Positions 28,858 to 36,615 of a DNA stretch of 50,307 bases are shown here, piece by piece; positions within the stretch are counted from its first letter, which is position 1, and every line of letters starts with the position of its first letter. The DNA is from a bacterium (lineage in GTDB: Bacteria; Patescibacteriota; Minisyncoccia; Phycocordibacterales; Phycocordibacteraceae). Made by a program: the position numbers and the translations under genes. The stretch covers positions 1 to 50,307 of the forward strand of contig JAJYJQ010000002.1 in NCBI GenBank assembly GCA_021789225.1. Reading direction: 5' to 3'. Under the pieces are notes generated by a model. That model saw nothing but the letters and a program-made list of their open reading frames with translations, did no database searches and had not been told where the DNA came from.

Positions 28858-29280
28858 ATGGCAATCATGTGGAACAAGATTACGTGGTACTCGCAGGTGG
28901 TGGCGGTGGTACTCGCGCTTGGCATATTCGGGGTGGGGTTTTGGCTCGGCCGGTACTCTGTGCAGCTCGGCGGGCCGACGGTGCGGCTCGTGTCGCCAGC
29001 GGCGACCTCGACAGAGCTCGGGGAATCGGTCGTGAATGACGTAACCTTCTCGTGCGATGGCAGCAAGACCATCCGCTCTATTTTTCACCCGCACGATGTG
29101 CAGCTTCTCTTGAGCGATGGCCGCAATCTTACCGTGCCACAGGCAATCTCTGCTTCGGGCGCGCGCTATGCCACGCAAGACGAGTCGTTTGTCTTTTGGA
29201 CGAAAGGCGACACAGCATTCATCACCGAAGGCCCGGCCACGACGTACGAGAACTGCGTCCTGATGCCACAGCCGGAATGA
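28858..29280 (+). CDS. MliC/PliC-family lysozyme inhibitor-like protein, membrane anchored
   Basis: N-terminal TM, then the two MliC signature blocks SASGARY and FWTKGD between flanking Cys residues. Confidence 0.65.
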   Translation: MAIMWNKITWYSQVVAVVLALGIFGVGFWLGRYSVQLGGPTVRLVSPAATSTELGESVVNDVTFSCDGSKTIRSIFHPHDVQLLLSDGRNLTVPQAISASGARYATQDESFVFWTKGDTAFITEGPATTYENCVLMPQPE

Positions 29281-29321
29281 TCTTCAAGGTCGAACCTTGA
29301 AGTGAAGAATCTTGAAGTGAA

Positions 29322-29353
29322 AGCAGCGCGGGCTACGCCCGCGCTGCTTTTTT
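29322..29353 (+). terminator. Rho-independent terminator
   Basis: AGCAGCGCGGGC-TAC-GCCCGCGCTGCT followed by a T-run. It overlaps the 3' end of the converging dedA gene. Confidence 0.8.
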
Positions 29354-29995
29354 GCGCTTGAGCATCCGCACGAAGAACGGTATGAACGAAATCACGACGA
29401 TGCTGAAAGAAAGTGGGAGGAGATAGTGTTGGGCGTCCGGTATGGTGCGGCCGAGGAAGTAGCCGAGCCCGGTCATGAGCGGCACCCACAAAGCGGCGCC
29501 GATGATGTTTGCGCGTACGAAGCGGTGATAGGGCATCTTGCTGATGCCGGCCATCGGCGGCGTGATGGTGCGCACGATCGGTACGAAGCGCGCTAGGATG
29601 ACGGCGCGCGTGCCCCAGCGCTCATAAAAGCGCTCGGTGCGGTGGATGTGCTCGGCCTTCACGAGCCGTGGGTAGCGGCGTAAGAGCGGCTCGCCCGTGC
29701 GCCGGCCGATCCAATACCCGGCGGAGTCGCCGAGGATGGCCGCGAGGACAGCGAGAATGAGGAGTGAAAACGGATTCAGGACACCATTTGCGGCGATGAG
29801 GCCAGATGCAAAAAGCAGGCTGTCGCCCGGGAGAAAGGCGCCTAGCAAAATGCCCGACTCGGCGAAGATGATGACGGCAACGCCGAGCGCGCCCGCCGTC
29901 ATGACGATGGCGGAAGGGTCGAGCACGATGGTGCGAAGAAACTCAAGCATAGCGTCTATTAGACCATATCGCGCACACTTTCGAAAATCGGACAT
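29333..29995 (-). CDS. DedA/SNARE-associated family membrane protein
   Basis: LPGDSLLFASGLIAA and RFVPIVRT motifs. An alternative start is the Met of MLEFLRT at 29950. Confidence 0.8.
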   Translation of the reverse strand: MSDFRKCARYGLIDAMLEFLRTIVLDPSAIVMTAGALGVAVIIFAESGILLGAFLPGDSLLFASGLIAANGVLNPFSLLILAVLAAILGDSAGYWIGRRTGEPLLRRYPRLVKAEHIHRTERFYERWGTRAVILARFVPIVRTITPPMAGISKMPYHRFVRANIIGAALWVPLMTGLGYFLGRTIPDAQHYLLPLSFSIVVISFIPFFVRMLKRKKAARA

Positions 29996-30006
29996 AGCAT
30001 GTCCGA

Positions 30007-30039
30007 CAGCATGTGGGACGTTGCACGTCCCACATGCTG
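30007..30039. promoter_or_regulatory. perfect 14-bp-arm palindrome in a divergent intergenic region (operator candidate)
   Basis: CAGCATGTGGGACG-TTGCA-CGTCCCACATGCTG, with TATAAT at 30055-30060 just downstream. Confidence 0.5.
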
Positions 30040-30066
30040 GGGATGTGCATAGGGTATAATGGTCGC

Positions 30067-30408
30067 ATGATTCACACCTTGCTTCACTGGGTCGTGGCAG
30101 CGATCGCTATCGGCGTAGCGGCATACCTCGTGCCTGGCGTCCATGTAACGCTCGTGGGTGCGCTCGTGCTTGCCGTGGTGCTCGCACTTATCAATCTCTT
30201 CATCCGGCCGATCATTTCCATCCTCACGCTGCCGCTCTCGATACTCACGCTCGGCCTCTTCTCGCTCGTGGTTAATACGCTCCTCGTGATGCTTGCAGCG
30301 GCTATCGTGCCGGGCTTCTCTGTGGCTGGTTTCTGGTCGGCGTTCTTCTTCGCGATCCTCCTCGCCCTCATTAACACCCTATTTGGCGTTCGCTTCCTGC
30401 GGGTGTGA
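30067..30408 (+). CDS. DUF360 / phage-holin-4-like membrane protein (YvlD family)
   Basis: WVVAAIAIGVAAYLVPGVHV..., LINLFIRPIISILTLPLSILTLGLF..., four TM helices, 113 aa. Confidence 0.65.
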   Translation: MIHTLLHWVVAAIAIGVAAYLVPGVHVTLVGALVLAVVLALINLFIRPIISILTLPLSILTLGLFSLVVNTLLVMLAAAIVPGFSVAGFWSAFFFAILLALINTLFGVRFLRV

Positions 30409-30452
30409 GTTTTTGTTCGCCAAGAGTTCTCTCCTGATACAATGGTTCGCAT

Positions 30453-31127
30453 ATGGCATTGCGTCAGAAAAAGGAGGAGGCGATAAAGATGCGTAAAACA
30501 GGTGCAAGCTATAGTCAGATTAAAGATACATTGCACGTTAGCAAAAGTACGCTCAGCCTGTGGTTGCGCGACATGCCGCTTTCAGAGAAACGAATCAATG
30601 AACTCCGCGGTCGTAGCACCAGACGCATCGAACGATATCGAGAGACACGACGTAAAACGCGCGAAGCACGATTGGACGGCGTGCGTGCCCGCGTTGCCAA
30701 AGATATCGGTCGCCTAAGTAAGAGAGACACGTTTATCGCCGGATTGTTCTTGTACTGGGGCGAGGGTGGTAAAACAAAAACAGCAAGTACTACACTCTCG
30801 AATACGGACCCGGCCGTGCTGCTGTTCTTCGTAAGGTGGCTGCAACTGCTTGATGTGCCGAAAGATCGGCTACGTGTGCACGTGCATCTTTACGCAGATA
30901 TGGATGTAAACAAAGAATTACGCTATTGGTCACGCACGCTTGAGTTGCCGCTTAGTGCCTTTCGAAAACCGTATATCAAGCAATCGAACAGAAGCGAGCT
31001 CACCTACCCGCAGCGATTCTCGCACGGCACATGCAATCTGGTTTTTGAGAATCGTGACATCTCAGAATACGTGTTGTCAGCGCTCGACCACATTCGTTCC
31101 TTGTTTGCTGAGCGGGAAACGATATGA
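30453..31127 (+). CDS. LAGLIDADG-type homing-endonuclease-like protein with N-terminal HTH
   Basis: The HTH (YSQIKDTLHVSKSTLSLW) is paralogous to that of 7513-8244. A single LAGLIDADG-like motif FIAGLFLYWGEGGK is followed by LSNTDPAVLLFFVRWL. Confidence 0.5.
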   Translation: MALRQKKEEAIKMRKTGASYSQIKDTLHVSKSTLSLWLRDMPLSEKRINELRGRSTRRIERYRETRRKTREARLDGVRARVAKDIGRLSKRDTFIAGLFLYWGEGGKTKTASTTLSNTDPAVLLFFVRWLQLLDVPKDRLRVHVHLYADMDVNKELRYWSRTLELPLSAFRKPYIKQSNRSELTYPQRFSHGTCNLVFENRDISEYVLSALDHIRSLFAERETI

Positions 31128-31141
31128 TTCCATATATCCAC

Positions 31142-31213
31142 GCGCCTATAGCTCAATGGTAGAGCAACTGTCTTATACACAGTCGGCTCCAGGTTCGAGT
31201 CCTGGTGGGCGCA
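31142..31213 (+). tRNA. tRNA with anticodon UAU (formally tRNA-Ile2-type, AUA decoder)
   Basis: Acceptor GCGCCTA/TGGGCGC, D-arm GCTCAATGGTAGAGC, anticodon stem ACTGT/ACAGT with loop CTTATAC, T-arm CCAGGTTCGAGTCCTGG. Confidence 0.75.
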
Positions 31214-31284
31214 CAGCCTAGACATTTTCGTCTCGTGATGAATGTTATACTTCTTGAGCGGTACTCGAATAATCATCGAACTGA

Positions 31285-32019
31285 TTGCCTGTTATGAACA
31301 GCTATGACATAAATCGCCTCCCCAAAGACGGATATCTAGTGTTTCCTCTTTCAATGAGCCGGCTTGCAAATACGCAGAGTCCGGACGCATGTTATGAGAT
31401 GATCCAATATTTTGAATCCAAAGTAAGCGAGGTCGGCATCGATTTGGTTCTTTTGTATACCAACGGGCTTTATTACAACAACACGGAGTCTGCGCTTGAT
31501 GTTCGGAAACGAACCAATGGCCAGATGCTTGCTCATCGGAACGCGATTTATAAACGCATAGTCAAGGAACGGAAGTATATCACGCAAGCGGTACATTTCC
31601 TTCCCTGGGACTACACGATTCTAGACGCACCACGTTTTGATGATTTCTTTCAGATTCTCAAACGCGCCGGCGAAACAGACTTGGTTTTCAGAGAGCTGCT
31701 TGAACAGGGTCTTGCCGGGCGTGAAGCAAGTGAAGCTAATCTCAACTTCCTCATCGAGGAGATTGTAATTACGCATCTCATCAGGGAACAGATGATTTCA
31801 TTCCCCAAAACACTCGTAAGGAAGGATACGTTTAGATTGGTGGTGTATCCAGGCTCTCACTTTGAGGCTGATAAATATCAATATCAGCATCATTTGCTTC
31901 CAACGAACTCGGAGTGTGTGAACCCTTATCGTGCGGCACATTATGACTTCTCAGTGAAAACGCTGACTGACTTTATAAAAGAGCCGCAGACCAAAGGGAA
32001 GGCGTTATCTGCAAAATAG
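31285..32019 (+). CDS. AT-rich orphan protein; possible cyclodipeptide-synthase-like fold (speculative)
   Basis: 244-aa intact ORF, clearly AT-richer than its neighbours. Colinear blocks resemble CDPS signatures (see findings). Confidence 0.6.
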   Translation: MPVMNSYDINRLPKDGYLVFPLSMSRLANTQSPDACYEMIQYFESKVSEVGIDLVLLYTNGLYYNNTESALDVRKRTNGQMLAHRNAIYKRIVKERKYITQAVHFLPWDYTILDAPRFDDFFQILKRAGETDLVFRELLEQGLAGREASEANLNFLIEEIVITHLIREQMISFPKTLVRKDTFRLVVYPGSHFEADKYQYQHHLLPTNSECVNPYRAAHYDFSVKTLTDFIKEPQTKGKALSAK

Positions 32020-32022
32020 TGT

Positions 32023-34221
32023 TCATTCCCCGTGCAGGTCGGATTCGCGCAGGCGCGCGAGCGTAGCGAGCGCGGGGTGGGTGGTGAGGTCGGGGTCGCG
32101 CTTGATGAGGGCGGCAGCTTCCGTGCGCGCGGCCTCGACCAGCTTCACGTTGCGTAGGGCTTCCATCGCCACGTCTGAGACACCCCACTGGCGCGCGCCG
32201 TAGAGCTCGCCAGCGCCGCGCAGCGAGAGGTCGTATTCGGCGAGCTCGAAGCCGTCTTTCGCTTTCGTGAGTGCGGTGAGGCGCGCGCGGGTTTGCTCAC
32301 CGTACGATTCGGGCAATGCGAAGCAGTACGCCTGGTGTGAGGAGCGGATCACGCGCCCGCGCAGCTGGTGGAGCTGCGCCAGGCCGAAACGCTCCGCACC
32401 TTCTATCAAAATCACCGTCGCGTTCGGCACGTTCACGCCCACTTCCACCACCGAGGTGGCAACGAGTATCTGCGTCTGTCCGTTCGCGAATTTTTGCATC
32501 GCGGTCTCTTTCTCCGCGGGTGTCATCTTGCTGTGGAGGATGCCGATGGTCGCTTTCGGGAAGACTTCTTTCGCGAGGCGCGCCGCCTCGGCTTTCACGG
32601 ACTTTGCCTGGAGCGCGAGCTCTTTGGTGGGGTCGGGTTCGTCGATGCGCGGGCATATGACATAGGCCTGCCGTCCTGCTGCAAGCTCTGTGCGCACGCG
32701 CTCATAGGCTGCTTCGCGTTTCTCCGGCCCGAGCACCTCAGTGATGACCGGCTTCCTCCCGAGTGGCATCTGGTCGAGAAGGGTGAGGTCGAGGTCGCCA
32801 TAGATGGTGAGCGCGAGTGTGCGCGGGATCGGTGTGGCGGTCATAGAGAGGAGGTGAGGCGTGAGGCCGTCTTTGCGTGCGAGCTCCTGGCGGTGCACTT
32901 TGCCGAAGCGATGTTGCTCGTCGATGATGGCGTACGCGAGCGTCTTGAACGAAAGCGATTTCTGCACGAGCGCGTGCGTGCCGATGACGATAGGAATCTC
33001 GCCATTTGCCACCCATTTCTGAAATTGCGACCGCGAGATGTGCGTAGACTTTTCGCGCGTGATCTTCGAGGGGAACTTGCGGCATTCGCTGCCGGTGATG
33101 AGGCCAATCTGGATGGGATGGTCTTTGAAAAAGGAGATGAAGGTCTCGAAGTGCTGCTTCGCGAGGATTTCAGTGGGGCAGAGATAGGCAACCTGGAGCG
33201 TGCCGGCTTTGCGCCCCGGTGGGCGCGAGGTGGCGACGAGATAGGCGGTCGCGGCGGCAACGGCGGTCTTGCCGCTGCCGACATCGCCTTCGAGGAGCCG
33301 CATCATCGGGTGTGGTCTTTCGAAGTCGTCGACGATCGCATCGATGGCGCGTTGCTGTGCTTTGGTTGGCGGGAAAGGGAATGAGGCGATGAAGTCGGCG
33401 AGTGCTGCGCGGTTTACGGTCACGGGGAGCGCGTTTTCGCGCGCCGCCGCTTCGCGGCGGCGCGCCATCATGAGCTGGATCGTAAACACCTCTTCGAATG
33501 CGAAGCGCTTCCGTGCCGCCTCGCTGTTTTCGCGCGTGCGCGGTAGGTGCATCCATACGAGCGCAGTCGCGAGCGTGGGGAGGTGATACCGCGTGAGCAG
33601 CTCGGAGGGAATCGCGTCCTCCATTCGCTCGTGCACGCCACTTGCGATGCACTTTTTCACCGCATGATAGAGCCAGAGTGAGGAGATGCCTTTGCTCTCG
33701 GGATACACCGGGTACAACGCCTGCTCTGAAGTAGTAAGGTTAGACCTTACTACTTCGTTTCCGGTTGCCGTGTTGAAGAGGTTGTCATGTACATCGTCGG
33801 GTTTCACCGGCGTGCGCTCGATGTCTGGGTTTGCGAGGTACGGTTTCTCGGCCGTGCCGGCCATGCGCCCGGTCGCTTTCACCACCATGCCGTCGGCGAG
33901 ACTCTTTGCGATGTACGGCTGCGAAAACCACATCACTTTCACACGACCAGACGAGTCCTCAAGCCATGCCTCAGCGATGGGTCGGCGACTCTTCCATGCT
34001 TTACGCGTTTCCGGTTTTCGGATGGTGCCGTATAGTGTCACGTCGGCACCGGGCGTGGCGGCTGCGATGGTTCCTGTGGGCCCCGCGTTCTCATACCGTG
34101 CAGGGAAGTGGTACAGCAAGTCGCGCACCGTCACGATGCCGAGTTTCCGCAACGCCGTCTTCTGATCCGCCCGCAGCCGCGGAAAATGCGCCGAAATAAG
34201 ATCACCGGGGTTCATGGGCAC
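32023..34221 (-). CDS. recG: ATP-dependent DNA helicase RecG
   Basis: Wedge domain followed by helicase motifs GDVGSGKT, DEQHRFG and QLHQLRGRVIRS. Confidence 0.95.
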   Translation of the reverse strand: MPMNPGDLISAHFPRLRADQKTALRKLGIVTVRDLLYHFPARYENAGPTGTIAAATPGADVTLYGTIRKPETRKAWKSRRPIAEAWLEDSSGRVKVMWFSQPYIAKSLADGMVVKATGRMAGTAEKPYLANPDIERTPVKPDDVHDNLFNTATGNEVVRSNLTTSEQALYPVYPESKGISSLWLYHAVKKCIASGVHERMEDAIPSELLTRYHLPTLATALVWMHLPRTRENSEAARKRFAFEEVFTIQLMMARRREAAARENALPVTVNRAALADFIASFPFPPTKAQQRAIDAIVDDFERPHPMMRLLEGDVGSGKTAVAAATAYLVATSRPPGRKAGTLQVAYLCPTEILAKQHFETFISFFKDHPIQIGLITGSECRKFPSKITREKSTHISRSQFQKWVANGEIPIVIGTHALVQKSLSFKTLAYAIIDEQHRFGKVHRQELARKDGLTPHLLSMTATPIPRTLALTIYGDLDLTLLDQMPLGRKPVITEVLGPEKREAAYERVRTELAAGRQAYVICPRIDEPDPTKELALQAKSVKAEAARLAKEVFPKATIGILHSKMTPAEKETAMQKFANGQTQILVATSVVEVGVNVPNATVILIEGAERFGLAQLHQLRGRVIRSSHQAYCFALPESYGEQTRARLTALTKAKDGFELAEYDLSLRGAGELYGARQWGVSDVAMEALRNVKLVEAARTEAAALIKRDPDLTTHPALATLARLRESDLHGE

Positions 34222-34239
34222 AGTATAGACCGGTTTGCG

Positions 34240-35340
34240 CTACAGCACCCAAAAGAGCAGGCTGCCGAACACGGGCAGAAGGAACAGATACCTAAGTGAT
34301 GTGACGAATATGAGACCGATGCCGTAGACGAGCACGCGCGCAAGTGTTACGGGTATCTCACGGAAAACAATAAATTCTGCGGGCGCTTCATTCTGCTGCG
34401 CATAGTCATATACGAGTGCATTAAATGGGATGAGTAGGAGTGCGCCAAAGAACCCCTCAAGGAGTGTCAGTACATAAAACGGTATAGTGCCATGCACATA
34501 AAAGAATCCTGTCCAAATGGCCATGGTGATTACGGTTCCCGCGCGCAGAATATTCGTGCGCTTCAGACGATCAGCATAGTGCCCGATGAGGAGTATGAAC
34601 AGGGCGCTTCCGAAGCTTGCAAGCGTGCCCACGAACCCGACAGAAAGAATACTCCCGAACGTGAGGAAGATGATGATTGGCAGTACGATACCGCCAAGCT
34701 CCTCACGAAGGTTCTCGCCTATTTCTGCAAAGATGTAACGCGGATAGTTGCGAGCAAGTGCTATGAAGCGCTTCATCTTGAACTGCATGGGCGGACGATT
34801 TTCAGGGAGATACAAGAGCGATAATGAGGTTGCGAGATAGAGGACGATCGTGAGTATGAACAAGAGCGAGAATCCGCCTCTCGTCACTATGAATGCGCCG
34901 ATAAGTGGTGAAGCGACAGCGACAAATTTTGGCAGTGCATACAGCTTGCCAACAGCGCCGCCCATCTCTTTTTTCTGTGCCTGCATCACGAAGAACATAT
35001 GGAGCGGGTACCAATAAAAGGCGACTGTCGCTGCGCTTGTTACAGCGATAACCCACAGTGGAATGCTTATGTGCGGCAAAACATACAGGAGGCCGAAGTA
35101 GGCGAGCTGGAGCGGGAAGTAAGCGAGTAGTGTCCGCTTAAGTCCTAGATGCTCTGAGACGATGCCTGCGAGGATAAAGAGGAAGAGTATCGCGACGTAG
35201 AGTGTCAGATAATAGGTAAAAACCTGCGCCACCGAATAATGAAGCGTCAGGAGGTAGATGGGGATGAAGATACCGATGAACGACCCGGCGAGGCCGTTGA
35301 GCGAGTGCATCAGATAAACGGCTTTGATGCTGTTTCGCAT
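34240..35340 (-). CDS. MFS-type transporter
   Basis: About 12 hydrophobic segments, 366 aa. Lies in an operon with the Nudix gene and recG. Confidence 0.65.
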   Translation of the reverse strand: MRNSIKAVYLMHSLNGLAGSFIGIFIPIYLLTLHYSVAQVFTYYLTLYVAILFLFILAGIVSEHLGLKRTLLAYFPLQLAYFGLLYVLPHISIPLWVIAVTSAATVAFYWYPLHMFFVMQAQKKEMGGAVGKLYALPKFVAVASPLIGAFIVTRGGFSLLFILTIVLYLATSLSLLYLPENRPPMQFKMKRFIALARNYPRYIFAEIGENLREELGGIVLPIIIFLTFGSILSVGFVGTLASFGSALFILLIGHYADRLKRTNILRAGTVITMAIWTGFFYVHGTIPFYVLTLLEGFFGALLLIPFNALVYDYAQQNEAPAEFIVFREIPVTLARVLVYGIGLIFVTSLRYLFLLPVFGSLLFWVL

Positions 35341-35343
35341 AAG

Positions 35344-35781
35344 CTAATCGCGCTGCACGGCTTCGCGCACGCGGTCGAAGACGGTGGCAAACCAGAGGCG
35401 GTCGTGCGTGTTGCCGATGTGCTCGGCTGCGGTGCGGTAGGGTATCCACTGGGCGGCTTCCATCTCCATGCTCGGCGCGAGCGCTGTGCCTGACTCTGCA
35501 GCAAAGAGGAACATATGAATTTCTTTCTGCTCGGTCTCACTGAGCGAGCCGTCTTTCATGATGCGCGGTCGCGTGTACGTGCCGAGGTCGCCGATGAATT
35601 CAAGATTTGCGAGGCCGGTCTCCTCGTGTATCTCACGGCGCGCCGCTTCCTCGTCGCTCTCGCCTGGGTCCACATGACCTTTCGGAAAGAGCCAGGCGCC
35701 ATCGCCACCCTGCCTGCGCACGAGCGCGATGTCGCCACGGTCGTTTAATACGATGCCGCCAGCCGTCCGTGAAATATGCAT
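35344..35781 (-). CDS. Nudix hydrolase
   Basis: Nudix box GHVDPGESDEEAARREIHEETGL. Confidence 0.85.
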   Translation of the reverse strand: MHISRTAGGIVLNDRGDIALVRRQGGDGAWLFPKGHVDPGESDEEAARREIHEETGLANLEFIGDLGTYTRPRIMKDGSLSETEQKEIHMFLFAAESGTALAPSMEMEAAQWIPYRTAAEHIGNTHDRLWFATVFDRVREAVQRD

Positions 35782-35933
35782 GTAACCAGTATAGCGCCCG
35801 GATGGTTCCTATAGATAGGAGCTCTTTCGCCCATGCGCCTCCCGGCGCATGGGCTTGCACCTGGGTACGAGGAGACGAGTACATCCGTCTCGCGGTTTCT
35901 CACGATACCGCTTAGCCATCACCGATACGTCCT

Positions 35934-36110
35934 ATGTCTCGCGCGCTTGGCCTCGGTCTCATGATTCTCGTGCTCAAGGTGCTTGTTCCCGAGATCTTTG
36001 ATTCAATCACTCAGACGATTCTGCTCGCACTGCGCGGTGCACAAGTTTCACTCGCAGCCGCAACCAAACTCGCTGCCGCTGCAAACAACTTTGTGCCACC
36101 TCCGCACTAG
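35934..36110 (+). CDS. small membrane protein candidate (58 aa, below the ORF-track cutoff)
   Basis: ATG 35934 to TAG 36108-36110 (MSRALGLGLMILVLKVLVPEIF...), followed by the hairpin terminator at 36129-36149. Confidence 0.3.
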   Translation: MSRALGLGLMILVLKVLVPEIFDSITQTILLALRGAQVSLAAATKLAAAANNFVPPPH

Positions 36111-36128
36111 CATTCGTCCCTTTTTCAC

Positions 36129-36149
36129 AAACCGGCCTGTCCGGTTTTT
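36129..36149 (+). terminator. Rho-independent terminator
   Basis: AAACCGG-CCTGT-CCGGTTT followed by TT. Confidence 0.6.
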
Positions 36150-36174
36150 GTGTTTGCTGTGCCATACTATCCGC

Positions 36175-36354
36175 ATGAGTCGCAAATCATTTATCTGGGG
36201 CGGGCTCTTCATCGGCTCGACAATCGGCGGGATGCTGCCGAGCCTGTGGGGAAGCGATATGCTCTCCATGAGCTCGGTCTTCCTCACCGCCGTGGGCGGC
36301 TTCGTGGGTATCTGGGCCGGATTCAAACTCGCCTCCGCGCTCGGAGTGGATTAA
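36175..36354 (+). CDS. small glycine-rich two-TM membrane protein
   Basis: MSRKSFIWGGLFIGSTIGGMLPSLWG...FLTAVGGFVGIWAGFKLA. The start is placed at ATG 36175. Confidence 0.45.
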   Translation: MSRKSFIWGGLFIGSTIGGMLPSLWGSDMLSMSSVFLTAVGGFVGIWAGFKLASALGVD

Positions 36355-36426
36355 CGCCGCGAAGCGCAACGCGTCGGTAACGACAAGCATTTGAGAAGAT
36401 ACAAAAATACGGTAGGATGGCCGTAC

Positions 36427-36513
36427 GGAGACGTGGCTGAGTGGCCGAAAGCGCCTCACTGCTAACGAGGTAGGGCGTAAAAACCCTCGTGGGTTCGAAT
36501 CCCACCGTCTCCG
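36427..36513 (+). tRNA. tRNA-Ser (anticodon GCU)
   Basis: Acceptor GGAGACG/CGTCTCC, anticodon loop CTGCTAA, long variable arm (GTAGGGCGTAAAAACCCTC), T-arm GTGGGTTCGAATCCCAC. Confidence 0.9.
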
Positions 36514-36567
36514 CAGGAGGTTTAGCAGGATACCTAGGGAATCAAGCTTGCTTGATGTGTTCGACAG

Positions 36568-36593
36568 GCATGAGCGTCAATCTCATGCTTTTT
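36568..36593 (+). terminator. Rho-independent terminator
   Basis: GCATGAG-CGTCAAT-CTCATGC followed by TTTTT. Confidence 0.7.
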
Positions 36594-36615
36594 ACGTGTA
36601 GAGCCCCGTACACTT

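Noticed and set aside
29282-29321. 8-bp hairpin CTTCAAGG/CCTTGAAG and an 11-nt direct repeat CTTGAAGTGAA x2 after the MliC-like gene
   Set aside because: These are short and sit just before a strong canonical terminator. They are most simply part of the 3' UTR, and with only two copies they are not a repeat array.
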